A DNA stretch of 55,175 bases from an uncultured Ruminococcus sp. (GCA_905199285.1 CAJKFZ010000001.1:1-55175); one strand, 5' to 3'; shown: positions 10,135 through 21,585, counted from the first letter of the stretch. Notes: generated by a model not told the origin, from the letters alone. Program-made: numbers and translations.

Positions 10135-10176
10135 AATTATGCCTCCTCACTTTCCTGTTTAATAACTCCGTTTACA

Positions 10177-10671
10177 TTACTTGATGATACCGTCGGCGAT
10201 AGACTGGATAAGTCCGCCGTTCTCGATGATTTTCTGGATGAATTCAGGGAACGGAGCAGTTTTGTACTCCTTGCCTGTAGTAAGATTGCGGATGATACCG
10301 TTATCCATGTCGGCTTCAACTTTATCGCCCTCGCTGATTCCGTCAACGGCTTCGGGACACTCTACGATAGCGAGTCCGATATTGATCGAGTTTCTGTAGA
10401 AGATTCTTGCGAAGCTCTTTGCGATAACGAGAGAAACTCCGCTTGCCTTGATAGCGATAGGAGCGTGTTCACGGGAAGAACCGCAGCCGAAATTCTGTCC
10501 GGCAGTAATGATATCGCCCTGCTGAACACGGCTTACAAAAGTTTTATCAAGATCTTCCATACAGTGTGAAGCAAGCTCTGCGTGATCGCTTGTATTAAGG
10601 TAACGTGCGGGGATAATAACGTCGGTATCAACATTGTCGCCGTATTTTATAACATTTCCTGTATATTTCAT
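10177..10671 (-). CDS. leuD: 3-isopropylmalate dehydratase small subunit
   Basis: [39 protein letters not shown] overlap with the leuC stop. Confidence 0.95.
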   Translation of the reverse strand: MKYTGNVIKYGDNVDTDVIIPARYLNTSDHAELASHCMEDLDKTFVSRVQQGDIITAGQNFGCGSSREHAPIAIKASGVSLVIAKSFARIFYRNSINIGLAIVECPEAVDGISEGDKVEADMDNGIIRNLTTGKEYKTAPFPEFIQKIIENGGLIQSIADGIIK

Positions 10672-11936
10672 TTGCTCATTACCTCCCATGGACTTGAAAT
10701 TTTTCCTGTAATTGCGCTTGCAGCAGCAACAGCCGGACTTGCAAGGTAAACTTCTGATTCAACGTGACCCATTCTTCCTACGAAGTTGCGGTTTGTCGTA
10801 GCGACTGCACGTTCTCCTGCTGCAAGAATTCCCATGTATCCTCCGAGACATGGACCGCAGGTCGGAGTTGAAACGATTGCTCCGCTTTCAATAAAGATTT
10901 TGAGGAGTCCCGTTTCCATAGCGTCAAGATAGATCTGCTGTGTTGCCGGAATGACGATAACACGAACGTTTTTAGCGCACTTCTTGCCCTTCATTATTTC
11001 AGCGGCAGCGATAAGATCTTCAAGTCTGCCATTGGTGCATGAACCGATAACTACCTGATCTATTTTGATATCGCCGAACTGATCGAAAGTTTTAGCGTTT
11101 TCAGGAAGATGCGGGAAAGAAACTGTCGGCTGAATAGAAGAGAGGTCGATGTCGATAACTTCATCGTAAACAGCGTCCTCGTCAGCCTTATAAATTGCAG
11201 GTTCAGCGTTGCCGTGCTCCTTGATGTATTCGAGAGTGATATCGTCAACCTCGAAAATACCGTTTTTAGCTCCGGCTTCGATAGCCATGTTTGCAATGCA
11301 GAGACGGTCTGCCATAGTGAGAGAGGAAAGTCCCTCGCCTGTGAATTCCATGGAGCGGTAAAGAGCGCCGTCTACGCCGATTTTTCCGATGATATGGAGA
11401 ATAACGTCCTTACCGGAAACGTATTTCTGAAGCTTTCCTGTAAGATTGAACTTTATTGCGGACGGAACTTTGAACCATGCCTTGCCGATAGCCATTCCGC
11501 AAGCCATATCGGTTGAACCTACGCCTGTGGAGAAAGCTCCGAGAGCGCCGTAAGTGCAGGTGTGGGAGTCTGCTCCGATAACAACGTTGCCGGCTGTTAC
11601 AAGTCCTTTTTCGGGGAGAAGAGCGTGTTCGATTCCCATTTCGCCTACGTCGTAGAAGTGAGTTACTTCCTTTTCGCCGCAGAAATCACGGCACATTTTG
11701 CACTGCTCAGCAGCTTTGATATCCTTGTTAGGAGCGAAGTGATCCATTACCATGGTCACCTTATCCTTATCGAAAACGCTGGTTTTATTCAGCTTTGCGA
11801 ACTCCTTTATAGCAACGGGAGATGTGATATCGTTGCCGAGGACTAAATCAAGGTTGGCGAGGATAAGCTGTCCTGCCTGAACCGAATCAAGTCCTGCATG
11901 AGCCGCAAGAATTTTTTGAGTCATTGTCATACCCAT
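10668..11936 (-). CDS. leuC: 3-isopropylmalate dehydratase large subunit
   Basis: [44 protein letters not shown]. Confidence 0.95.
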   Translation of the reverse strand: MGMTMTQKILAAHAGLDSVQAGQLILANLDLVLGNDITSPVAIKEFAKLNKTSVFDKDKVTMVMDHFAPNKDIKAAEQCKMCRDFCGEKEVTHFYDVGEMGIEHALLPEKGLVTAGNVVIGADSHTCTYGALGAFSTGVGSTDMACGMAIGKAWFKVPSAIKFNLTGKLQKYVSGKDVILHIIGKIGVDGALYRSMEFTGEGLSSLTMADRLCIANMAIEAGAKNGIFEVDDITLEYIKEHGNAEPAIYKADEDAVYDEVIDIDLSSIQPTVSFPHLPENAKTFDQFGDIKIDQVVIGSCTNGRLEDLIAAAEIMKGKKCAKNVRVIVIPATQQIYLDAMETGLLKIFIESGAIVSTPTCGPCLGGYMGILAAGERAVATTNRNFVGRMGHVESEVYLASPAVAAASAITGKISSPWEVMSK

Positions 11937-11990
11937 GTTTATCATTCCTTTCAAATATAAATTTAATTATCGCCTTGTATTTATTTTAAA

Positions 11991-12374
11991 TCATAATAGA
12001 TCTATTATTGACAAGATCAGGATTGAAAGATAACCCCAGACGGGAAGTAAAGAGATTGTTAAAACGCTTGAAATAATTATCACAGGAAGTCTTTTTTCAA
12101 TGCGTTTTACTTTTCGTATCCAAAATCGCAGAACGAAAAATGACATTAATATTAAAATTACTCCCAAACAACCGAATACCAAAAGTCCATTCAGATCAAC
12201 ATAATGATGTAATTCCTCAACATAAGTTTCTTCGTTAGTGTGATCTGTAAGGTATTCCTGCAAATAATAGATAAGCAATAGTATCTCTGCAATCAGGAAT
12301 CCAATAACAATGCTGGATAAATACGCATAGGTTTTGGCTTCGGTTTCTTTTACCTTTTTTTCAGTGATATTCAT
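11991..12374 (-). CDS. Hypothetical membrane protein (about 3 TM segments), AT-rich
   Basis: 127 aa, three hydrophobic stretches, RBS AAGGGG. Confidence 0.7.
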   Translation of the reverse strand: MNITEKKVKETEAKTYAYLSSIVIGFLIAEILLLIYYLQEYLTDHTNEETYVEELHHYVDLNGLLVFGCLGVILILMSFFVLRFWIRKVKRIEKRLPVIIISSVLTISLLPVWGYLSILILSIIDLL

Positions 12375-12386
12375 AATAATTCCCCT

Positions 12387-12551
12387 TAGGGCGCGTTGAC
12401 GCTACCGCTCAACGCCCGTCTTACAGGTATCTTTTCCGTCTTTCTGCGTTAAAAATCCTTGTCATACGACAGTATGTCTGCGGATTTTTGCCTTGAAATG
12501 CGAAAAATATACCTGCAATCCGAGCATTTCGGATAGTGTCAACACACCCTA
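12387..12551. mobile_element. MITE-like element with imperfect terminal inverted repeats and TA at both ends
   Basis: Left end TAGGGCGCGTTGACGCTA; right end reverse-complements to TAGGGTGTGTTGACACTA. Long internal hairpin CAGGTAT...ATACCTG. No ORF. Confidence 0.7.
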
Positions 12552-12571
12552 ATTGATCTATCCTAACGGCT

Positions 12572-14236
12572 TCACTTTTTATTTATAATAGCTCCCTTAT
12601 CAGCAGAAGAAACCATAGAAGCATAACGCTTGAGATAACCTGTGATGTTTTCCTTTTTCTTGATAGGCATGGTCTTTTTACGCTCTTCAAGCTCCTCGTC
12701 GGAAATCTCGAGAGTGATGCTGTAGTTCGGGATATCAATCGAAATGATATCGCCGTCCTTAACGTAAGCGATAGTACCGCCGTTAACGGCCTCAGGAGAA
12801 ACGTGACCGATTGCCGCACCTCTTGTCGCACCGGAGAAACGTCCATCTGTGATGAGGGCAACAGTCGAGCCAAGACCTGCGCCCTGAATTGCGGAAGTAG
12901 GGGAGAGCATCTCTCTCATTCCCGGACCGCCGGCAGGACCTTCGTAACGGATAACAACAACGTCTCCGGCTTTAATACCGCCCTCATAGATCACCTTGAT
13001 TGCTTCTTCTTCGCTGTCGAAAACTCTTGCGGGACCTCTGTGAACGAGCATTTCAGGAGCAACTGCGCTTCTCTTGACAACACATCTGTCCGGAGCAAGA
13101 TTTCCCTTGAGAACTGCGATTCCGCCTGTTTCACTGTAAGGATTGTCGATAGGACGGATAGTTTCGGGATCTTTATTTATACAGCCTGAGATATTTTCGC
13201 CGACGGTCTTGCCTGTAACAGTCATACAGTCGAGATTGAGAAGATCTTTCTTTGCAAGTTCGTTAAGAACCGCATAAACGCCGCCTGCCTCGTTAAGATC
13301 CTCCATATAAGTGTGACCTGCTGGAGCAAGATGACAGAGATTCGGGGTTTTAGCGCTGATATCGTTTGCGATATCAAGGTTGATATTAACTCCGCACTCG
13401 TTTGCGATAGCCGGAAGATGAAGCATACTGTTTGTAGAGCATCCAAGAGCCATATCAGCAGTAAGCGCATTCTGGAATGCCTTTTCGGTCATGATGTCAA
13501 GCGGACGGATATTCTTTCGGTAAAGCTCCATTACCTGCATACCAGCCATTTTTGCAAGCTGAATTCTTTCTGAATATACGGCAGGGATAGTTCCGTTGCC
13601 TTTAAGTCCCATACCGAGAACTTCGGTAAGGCAGTTCATTGAGTTTGCAGTGTACATACCCGAACATGAACCGCAGGTCGGACAGGCATGGTTTTCGTAA
13701 TCCTCAACGTCTTCAGCAGACATTTTACCGGCAGTATAAGCTCCTACAGCTTCAAACATGGAGGAAAGACTTGTTTTCTTTCCCTTGACGTGTCCTGCAA
13801 GCATAGGACCTCCGCTTACGAAAATAGTCGGAACGTTGATACGGGCAGCAGCCATGAGAAGTCCGGGAACGTTCTTGTCACAGTTCGGAACCATAACGAG
13901 AGCGTCGAAATGATGTGCAAGAGCCATACATTCCGTAGAATCGGCGATAAGGTCACGGGTAACGAGAGAATATCTCATACCTGCGTGTCCCATAGCGATA
14001 CCGTCGCATACTGCGATAGCAGGGAAAACGACAGGAGTTCCGCCGCCCATTGCAACGCCGAGTTTAACAGCGTCAACGATTTTGTCAATGTTCATATGTC
14101 CCGGTACGATCTCGTTGTAAGACGAAACGATACCAACGAGAGGACGTTTCATTTCCTCTTTAGTGTGTCCGAGCGCATTGAAAAGGGAACGCTGTGAAGC
14201 CTTTTCAACACCCTCGCAGAAATAATTTCCGCTCAT
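12572..14236 (-). CDS. ilvD: Dihydroxy-acid dehydratase
   Basis: [47 protein letters not shown]. Confidence 0.97.
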   Translation of the reverse strand: MSGNYFCEGVEKASQRSLFNALGHTKEEMKRPLVGIVSSYNEIVPGHMNIDKIVDAVKLGVAMGGGTPVVFPAIAVCDGIAMGHAGMRYSLVTRDLIADSTECMALAHHFDALVMVPNCDKNVPGLLMAAARINVPTIFVSGGPMLAGHVKGKKTSLSSMFEAVGAYTAGKMSAEDVEDYENHACPTCGSCSGMYTANSMNCLTEVLGMGLKGNGTIPAVYSERIQLAKMAGMQVMELYRKNIRPLDIMTEKAFQNALTADMALGCSTNSMLHLPAIANECGVNINLDIANDISAKTPNLCHLAPAGHTYMEDLNEAGGVYAVLNELAKKDLLNLDCMTVTGKTVGENISGCINKDPETIRPIDNPYSETGGIAVLKGNLAPDRCVVKRSAVAPEMLVHRGPARVFDSEEEAIKVIYEGGIKAGDVVVIRYEGPAGGPGMREMLSPTSAIQGAGLGSTVALITDGRFSGATRGAAIGHVSPEAVNGGTIAYVKDGDIISIDIPNYSITLEISDEELEERKKTMPIKKKENITGYLKRYASMVSSADKGAIINKK

Positions 14237-14254
14237 TTTATTTCACCTCATTAA

Positions 14255-14869
14255 TTAGATTTCAGTATATGTTGAAGCTGCGTCATCAAGAGCAGCCATA
14301 AGCTTTTTTTCAAGTGGAGTACCTTCAATATCCTTGTTGTAAGTAAGCCCGAACGCTTCACGTTCTCTTGCTGTACCGTCACGGAAACCATAGCAGTAAA
14401 GGAGTTCTCCATAATAGGGAAGTTTGGTTTTAAATGCAAAGTATTTATTATCAAGCTTTTCGTATTCTTTTCCGACAGGCTGACCGTTTTCAACGGCATA
14501 GTAAACATCATCATAAGGGCCGATGAATATGGCAGGATGATTTTCAAGATATCCGGTATAATCCTCACTGCTGTACGGTTCGTACTGGTAAGAAGGATCC
14601 AGTTCACAGTGGCTGTTGAACTCGATAAAATCACCCGAAAGTCGGAACGTATATTTTTTGTCGCCGTATTCATCTTCGATAAGTACGGACTTTTTGGCAG
14701 GAACATTTCCCGAATCAAGAATATCCTGCGGAGTCTTTTTTACAGGAGCACCGGAGACAGCAGTTTCCGGCCTTTTCGGAGCTGCTGATGATAACACTGA
14801 ATCATTGATTTTTTTGCCGGCACTTTCGGCAGCGTCAAAAATTTTTTTCAGCGAATCTAAAAATCCCAT
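14255..14869 (-). CDS. Hypothetical protein
   Basis: Start MGFLD behind RBS AAAGGAG. No recognisable motif. Confidence 0.75.
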   Translation of the reverse strand: MGFLDSLKKIFDAAESAGKKINDSVLSSAAPKRPETAVSGAPVKKTPQDILDSGNVPAKKSVLIEDEYGDKKYTFRLSGDFIEFNSHCELDPSYQYEPYSSEDYTGYLENHPAIFIGPYDDVYYAVENGQPVGKEYEKLDNKYFAFKTKLPYYGELLYCYGFRDGTAREREAFGLTYNKDIEGTPLEKKLMAALDDAASTYTEI

Positions 14870-14887
14870 AAAATATGCTCCTTTCAT

Positions 14888-14926
14888 AAAAAAACGCTGC
14901 TAACCCGAAAAATCGGGAAAGCAGCG
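14888..14926 (-). terminator. Intrinsic terminator downstream of ilvC
   Basis: CGCTGC..CCCGA/TCGGG..GCAGCG hairpin followed by T7 on the minus strand. Confidence 0.65.
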
Positions 14927-14973
14927 GTGTACATTCCGATTATTCAATCGGAGGATATTTAATTTAAGAATAT

Positions 14974-15175
14974 TTGTTTTGTTATGTATATGCATGAGAA
15001 CTTATTTCCTGACATCCAGTCGAGATGGATTTGTCTCTTTTGGGCGTAAGCCCTAATTATATTAAGTCTCCTTTTGGAGATTTAATATAATTAATACTGG
15101 GTTTCCAAAGGGGTTAACACCCCTTTGGCAGGAGTGCAGGGGACAGCGTCCCATGCATAAACATCATCAAAATAA
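14974..15175 (+). repeat. Palindromic repeat copy 3, long self-paired form
   Basis: AT-rich hairpin 15054-15093, core GGGTTTCCAAAGGGG..CCCCTTTGG from 15099, imperfect closing stem around ATGCATG/CATGCAT. Confidence 0.8.
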
Positions 15176-16240
<1,065 letters not shown>

Positions 16241-16262
16241 TTATGTAATTGCTGTTGAGCAA

Positions 16263-16727
16263 TTATAATTTTGTTTCATTGGAGATATCCTCAGAGGTAT
16301 TCTCCATATCGGCGTTATACCGTTTCTTTTTTATGCAATAAATTACAGCGGAGACGATTGTGAAGAAAATTTCCGTGGGGAAAAGGCCCATTAATGCAAA
16401 TAACGCGTAAATAACCTCGTCGGACTCGCCGTTGTCGCCGCCGATGCTTTCAATAAGGGCGAAAAGCGTTATTGCAGCAAGTACAAGCATTATTTTGATA
16501 AATTTTTTCAGTCGGTCAAGCTGCCGCAGCGGTTCGTCATCTGAACGACTGCCTCTGATAACATGGATCATTGCGGCAATCAGCGATGCGGCGGAAGCTG
16601 CGCCCGAAAGTAATGTCAATGCTTTTAAGAATATAGAATCAGAACTTATATTCTTAAGCCATGCGTGACTTGCTGCGCTTATTGCTCCGAAGATAAGCAC
16701 GGCAACGGGAAGGTATTTTACCTTCAT
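16263..16727 (-). CDS. Hypothetical membrane protein (about 4 TM segments)
   Basis: 154 aa, hydrophobic. ATGA overlap with the ilvN stop. Confidence 0.7.
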   Translation of the reverse strand: MKVKYLPVAVLIFGAISAASHAWLKNISSDSIFLKALTLLSGAASAASLIAAMIHVIRGSRSDDEPLRQLDRLKKFIKIMLVLAAITLFALIESIGGDNGESDEVIYALFALMGLFPTEIFFTIVSAVIYCIKKKRYNADMENTSEDISNETKL

Positions 16728-17233
16728 TTTATGGTATTAAGGCAGTTTTCGCCTCTTTCTACGGCTATTATACCCGTGCGGCACATTTCCATAATACCAT
16801 ATGGCTTTACAAGCTCGATAAAAGCGTCTATTTTAGAGGTTTCGCCCGTAATTTCACATATTAATGCAGTCGGGGAATAATCAACTATTTTCGAGCGGAA
16901 TATCTCAACGGCAGTCATTATATCCTGTCTTGATTCCGGACTGTTTTTTACCTTTATGAGAAGCAGTTCACGGATAACGGTTTCCTTTTCGCTGAGAACT
17001 TCTACTTCACGAACATCGTGAAGCTTCCTAAGCTGCTGAAGAATAAGATCCTTGATATAGTCGTCGCCGTGAAAAGTAACGGTAATACGTGAAAATCCCG
17101 GGGATTCAGTTTCTCCTACCGTAAGGCTGTCGATATTGAAAACTCTTCGTGTGAACATTCCGGAAACTCTTGAAAGAGCGCCTGAAATGTTTGAAACTAT
17201 AATTCCGATTACATACTGATTCATTGCATTCAC
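16724..17233 (-). CDS. ilvN: Acetolactate synthase small (regulatory) subunit
   Basis: ACT domain with FNIDSLTVG, SRIT, RELLLIKV and RTG. Confidence 0.93.
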   Translation of the reverse strand: MNAMNQYVIGIIVSNISGALSRVSGMFTRRVFNIDSLTVGETESPGFSRITVTFHGDDYIKDLILQQLRKLHDVREVEVLSEKETVIRELLLIKVKNSPESRQDIMTAVEIFRSKIVDYSPTALICEITGETSKIDAFIELVKPYGIMEMCRTGIIAVERGENCLNTIK

Positions 17234-17234
17234 C

Positions 17235-18971
17235 TCACTTGATCTCTGTTATGATATCGTCGATCGAACCGCCGGGAGGAAGCATTGGAAGAACAAATTC
17301 ATTGCAGTCTACAGCGCAGTCGATAACGAAAGTTCCGTTATAAGCGAAGGCTTCTTCAGCAGTTTTTTCAAGTTCGTCTTTGGTATAAACTCTTGCGCCC
17401 TTTGCGCCGAAAGCTTCTGCAAGCTTAACGAAATCGGTTTTTCTGTTAAGAGTTGTGTTTGAGTAGTGCTTATCGAAGAAAAGCGTTTGCCACTGGCGAA
17501 CCATTCCGAGAACTCCGTTGTTCATTATAACGATAACGAGCGGAAGATTCATTGAAACGGCTGTGGCAAGCTCGTTAAGGTTCATACCGAAGCTGCCGTC
17601 GCCTGTGAAGAGAAGGGAGCGCTTGCCTGAAGCGGCTGCTGCACCGATAGCCGCACCCATTCCGAATCCCATAGTTCCAAGACCGCCGCTGGTGAGGAAG
17701 GTTCTCGGAGCTTTAAGAGGATATCTCTGAGCCGCCCACATCTGATGCTGTCCTACGTCTGTAACGACAACAGCATCGCCTGCATGAGAGCTTACGATAT
17801 CAATGATCTCAAACGGATTCATACGGTCATCGGCGGAAATGCCTGACTTATCGCAGCTGTTTGTACAGTTTTCGCAGCTCCTTGAATATTTGTGAGCAAT
17901 AGCGCTTGACGTGCGGCGGTTTTCTTCTTCACGAAGCTCGCTGATGCGGGCAAACCATTCGGGATGTTTTTTCTCCTGAACTATAGCTGTGAGACGCTCA
18001 AGAGCGTCCTTGATATCGCCGTTCAAAGCTATATCCGAAGGGATATTCTTATGTAATTCCGCACCGTCTATATCAATATGGATGATTTTGAAATTCTTAG
18101 CGAAACGAGCCTTATTGCCGGTAGCTCTGTCGCTGAAACGTGCTCCGAGTGCGATAACGAGGTCGGATTCGTCTTCTGCGACGGAAGAAGCGTAATGACC
18201 GTGCATACCCTGCATTCCGAGAAATTTCGGATTATCTGAAGGAACAGCAGAAAGTCCCATAAGCGAGCATCCCATAGGAGCGTCGATCTTGTCAGCAAAA
18301 GCGATGAGTTCCTGAGAAGCCTTTCCGCTGATTATACCGCCGCCGAAGTAGATATAAGGTCTTTGGGCATTTTCTATAAGTTCGGCAGCTTTTTTGAGCT
18401 GATCTTCCGAAACATAAGTAATAGGATAGGGGATGACCGGCTGATTTTTCGGTTCAAATTCGCACTTGGCGATCTGAACGTCCTTGGGAATATCGACAAG
18501 AACAGGTCCGGGACGTCCTGATTTGGCTATCTTGAATGCCATACGGAGCGTATCGGCGAGTTCGTTTACATCTTTAACTATGAAATTGTGCTTGGTTACC
18601 GGCATTGTCACACCGACGATATCAACTTCCTGAAAGCTGTCTCTTCCGAGAAGATCGCATGGAACATTTCCTGTTATAGCTACCATAGGCACGGAATCAA
18701 GGTAAGCCGTAGCGATGCCTGTTACAAGATTAGTTGCGCCCGGACCGGAGGTTGCGATAACAACTCCGACTTTGCCGGAAGCTCTTGCATAGCCGTCAGC
18801 GGCATGAGAAGCGCCCTGTTCGTGAGCAGTGAGAACGTGATTTATTCGGTCACGATTGAGATAAAGCTCGTCAAAAAGGTTGATTACCTGACCGCCGGGA
18901 TAACCGAAAACGGTATCGCAGCCCTGTTCAACGAGCGTTTCAACAACGATTTTTGCACCTGAAATTTTCAT
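17235..18971 (-). CDS. ilvB: Acetolactate synthase large subunit
   Basis: FGYPGG, HEQGASHAADGYAR, TSGPGATN, DVGQHQMW, SGGLGTMG, GDGSF. Start MKISG at 18971. Confidence 0.96.
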   Translation of the reverse strand: MKISGAKIVVETLVEQGCDTVFGYPGGQVINLFDELYLNRDRINHVLTAHEQGASHAADGYARASGKVGVVIATSGPGATNLVTGIATAYLDSVPMVAITGNVPCDLLGRDSFQEVDIVGVTMPVTKHNFIVKDVNELADTLRMAFKIAKSGRPGPVLVDIPKDVQIAKCEFEPKNQPVIPYPITYVSEDQLKKAAELIENAQRPYIYFGGGIISGKASQELIAFADKIDAPMGCSLMGLSAVPSDNPKFLGMQGMHGHYASSVAEDESDLVIALGARFSDRATGNKARFAKNFKIIHIDIDGAELHKNIPSDIALNGDIKDALERLTAIVQEKKHPEWFARISELREEENRRTSSAIAHKYSRSCENCTNSCDKSGISADDRMNPFEIIDIVSSHAGDAVVVTDVGQHQMWAAQRYPLKAPRTFLTSGGLGTMGFGMGAAIGAAAASGKRSLLFTGDGSFGMNLNELATAVSMNLPLVIVIMNNGVLGMVRQWQTLFFDKHYSNTTLNRKTDFVKLAEAFGAKGARVYTKDELEKTAEEAFAYNGTFVIDCAVDCNEFVLPMLPPGGSIDDIITEIK

Positions 18972-19033
18972 ATTAACAAATCCTTCTTCTGAAATAATAT
19001 CAAGCAATTAACGTCCCGAACAATGTAATTCAG

Positions 19034-19070
19034 TAAATAAAACAGACCTCCGGCAATCCGCCGGAGGTCT
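19034..19070 (-). terminator. Attenuator terminator in the ilvB leader
   Basis: Perfect 11-bp stem AGACCTCCGGC/GCCGGAGGTCT followed by GTTTTATTT on the minus strand. Confidence 0.8.
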
Positions 19071-19124
19071 TAATCAAGCGTCATTGCTTTGATGCAGGGA
19101 ATTATATCTGAATCAAGCAATTAC

Positions 19125-19229
19125 TCAAAGTTCCTGCGGGCAGAAAGAATCACAGCGGCAGTTCGGGACGTTAATGACTGCGCCGTTAATAATGACTATA
19201 CCGGAAAAAGTAATAACCGATTTCATCAT
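19125..19229 (-). CDS. Putative ilv operon leader peptide (34 aa, MMKSVITFSGIVIINGAVINVPNCRCDSFCPQEL)
   Basis: RBS AAAGGAG 6 nt before the ATG. 9 of the first 21 codons are Ile or Val. Lies between a promoter and a terminator. Below the ORF-track length cutoff. Confidence 0.7.
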   Translation of the reverse strand: MMKSVITFSGIVIINGAVINVPNCRCDSFCPQEL

Positions 19230-19258
19230 GCTCCACTCCTTTGAGTATTCTTGAAATC

Positions 19259-19287
19259 ATTATACCACTATCTTATTTTAAAATCAA
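19259..19287 (-). promoter_or_regulatory. Sigma-A promoter of the ilv operon
   Basis: TTGATT-17-TATAAT with extended TG. Confidence 0.75.
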
Positions 19288-19377
19288 TAAGGAGAGGATT
19301 ATTTTGAAGATTTTTATAAACCGCCAAGAGTTTTCAACATGGTAATTTGTGCAAATGTTATGCTCTCTCCCTGCTTG

Positions 19378-19550
19378 CAAGGCAAATGCTGTCAGCTTAA
19401 GCGGGGACTCTGTCCCCATACCCCTGCCAAAGGGGAGTACATCCCCTTTGGAAACCCGATATTAATTATTTCAGAATGCCAATAGAATGAACGCTCTTTT
19501 GACAAGAGAGTAAAGCACAGAATGCCTTAAACTGACGTCATTGTCTTCAA
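19378..19550 (-). repeat. Palindromic repeat copy 4, long form lacking the AT-rich hairpin
   Basis: Core 19401-19457 nearly identical to copy 1. Closing stem GTCAGCTTAA / TTAAACTGAC. Confidence 0.85.
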
Positions 19551-19569
19551 AACAGAGATAAGAAAACTA

Positions 19570-21228
19570 TTACTTTATCATGTTGTTTACAGCGCTTACG
19601 AGTGCCTTTATGGACGATGTAACGATGTCTGTATCAACGCCTGTTCCCCAGAAGCTCTTTCCGTCATCCGAGAGGATCTCAACATAAGAAACTGCTTTGG
19701 AAGAAGAACCTACTTCAAGAGCGTGTTCAGTGTATGTGCTGATACTGTATTTAAGTCCTGTGTAAGACTGGATAGCATTGCTTACAGCGTCCAGACGTCC
19801 GTTGCCGTTATTGGTTGCGGAAGCTGTTCTGCCGTTGTATTCAAGGCTTACAGTCGCTTCGATACCGTCATGCTGAACGTAATGAGCTTCTGTAACTTTA
19901 AGCGGAGATGTTATATCGACATAATTGGTCTTGAAGATCTCGTAAACTTCGTCCGGGAGAAGCTCCTTATGTTTGTGGTCGGAAACGCCCTTAACGAGAT
20001 ATCCGACATTCTCACGCATTTTTTTAGGCAGATTATAGCCGAATCTTGTTTCGAGAACATAGCCGATGCCTCCCTTTCCGGACTGGCTGTTGATTCTGAT
20101 AACGTCGGCGGAGTATTCTCTTCCGAGGTCGGACGGATCGATAGGAAGATACGGAACAGTCCAATGTTCGGTGTTTTTCTCTTCACGCCACTTCATTCCC
20201 TTGGCGATAGCGTCCTGATGAGAACCGCTGAATGCTGCGAAAACGAGTTTTCCGCTGTATGGCTGACGTTCGTTTACAGCCATTCTTGTAACTCTTGAAT
20301 AAAGTTCGGTGATCGAAGGCATATCGGTGAAATCGAGTCCCGGCTCAACACCCTGTGAGTACATATTCAGAGCGAGAGTTATGATATCAACGTTGCCGGT
20401 TCTTTCGCCGTTTCCGAAGAGAGTACCCTCAACACGGTCAGCGCCTGCGAGAAGTCCCATTTCGGTATCGGCAACAGCACATCCTCTGTCGTTATGGGGA
20501 TGGAGAGAAACGATTACATTTTCTCTGTATTTGAGGTTTTCGCACATATATTCAACCTGATTTGCGTAAACGTGAGGCATAGAGAGCTGAACGGTTACAG
20601 GCAGATTGATGATGACTTTATCCTCCGGTGTAGGCTGCCAGATATCAAGAACCTCGTTGCATATTTCAAGAGCGAATTCCGGTTCTGTACCTGTGAAGCT
20701 TTCAGGGGAGTATTCAAATTTGAAATTGCCCTCATATTTCTCACGGTATTCCTTGCAGAGCTTAGCTCCGGTAACAGCAATATCAATGATCTCCTGCTTA
20801 TTCTTGCGGAAAACCTGTTCACGCTGAGCGAGAGATGTTGAATTGTAGAGGTGAACGATAGCGTTCTTGCATCCCTTTAAAGCGTCGAAAGTCTTTTTGA
20901 TGATATGCTCTCTGGACTGTGTAAGAACCTGAATAGTAACATCATCGGGGATCATATTCTGCTCGATGAGAGTGCGGCAGAAGTCGTATTCTGTTTCAGA
21001 TGCGGCAGGGAAGCCGATCTCGATCTCTTTAAAACCGATTGCAACGAGTTTTTCGAAAAATTCGAGCTTTTCGCCGAGGCTCATAGGGATAACGAGAGCC
21101 TGATTGCCGTCTCTGAGGTCAACGCTGCACCACTGGGGGGCTTTGTCGATATAAGATTTCTGAGTCCATTTCATTGAAGTTTTCGGAGCTTCAAAGAATT
21201 GTCTTGTGTACTTTGATGTGTTTTTCAT
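19570..21228 (-). CDS. leuA: 2-isopropylmalate synthase
   Basis: SVDLRDGNQAL, EYSPESF, SLHPHNDRG, GNGERTGN, SGSHQDAI, NSQSGKGG. Start MKNTS behind GGAGG. Confidence 0.95.
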   Translation of the reverse strand: MKNTSKYTRQFFEAPKTSMKWTQKSYIDKAPQWCSVDLRDGNQALVIPMSLGEKLEFFEKLVAIGFKEIEIGFPAASETEYDFCRTLIEQNMIPDDVTIQVLTQSREHIIKKTFDALKGCKNAIVHLYNSTSLAQREQVFRKNKQEIIDIAVTGAKLCKEYREKYEGNFKFEYSPESFTGTEPEFALEICNEVLDIWQPTPEDKVIINLPVTVQLSMPHVYANQVEYMCENLKYRENVIVSLHPHNDRGCAVADTEMGLLAGADRVEGTLFGNGERTGNVDIITLALNMYSQGVEPGLDFTDMPSITELYSRVTRMAVNERQPYSGKLVFAAFSGSHQDAIAKGMKWREEKNTEHWTVPYLPIDPSDLGREYSADVIRINSQSGKGGIGYVLETRFGYNLPKKMRENVGYLVKGVSDHKHKELLPDEVYEIFKTNYVDITSPLKVTEAHYVQHDGIEATVSLEYNGRTASATNNGNGRLDAVSNAIQSYTGLKYSISTYTEHALEVGSSSKAVSYVEILSDDGKSFWGTGVDTDIVTSSIKALVSAVNNMIK

Positions 21229-21274
21229 TGATATTTCCTCCAATCTGATTGATCCGATATATGCCTGCGGACGG

Positions 21275-21585
21275 ATAATAAAAAATCTCCTCCATGCAAG
21301 GCATGGAAGAGACGAAGTTTCAAATATGCTACTCCGTGGTACCACTCTTCTTGATGTACAAAACTACATCCGCTCATCTGCGTCGGAACAACGCATATCT
21401 CTGTAACGGGAGAATCCGTTCAAGCCTAATTGCCACAGCACGAATAGATTATTCATACGAAGAACTGAGGTCTTTCAGCCGACTGCTCGGGGAGGAGCTA
21501 TGACCTGTAACTGTATACTGCCTTTCACCGACCGACAGCTCTCTGTGAAAACGATTTACAAGTTTTATTTCCCTTCATCGCATTT
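21275..21585 (-). promoter_or_regulatory. T-box riboswitch, probable Leu (CUC) specifier
   Basis: T-box AAGAGTGGTACCACGG at 21334-21349. Stem I AGAGAG and GGTGA motifs. CUC CUC at 21492-21497. Terminator with T-tract at about 21275-21312. Confidence 0.9.

Noticed and set aside
17140..17150. IlvN RRVFN in place of the usual RRG(F/Y)N
   Set aside because: A single-base difference that cannot be separated from a polymorphism or sequencing error.
21229..21345. N-terminal extension of LeuA
   Set aside because: It overlaps the T-box antiterminator and terminator. The real start is 21228.
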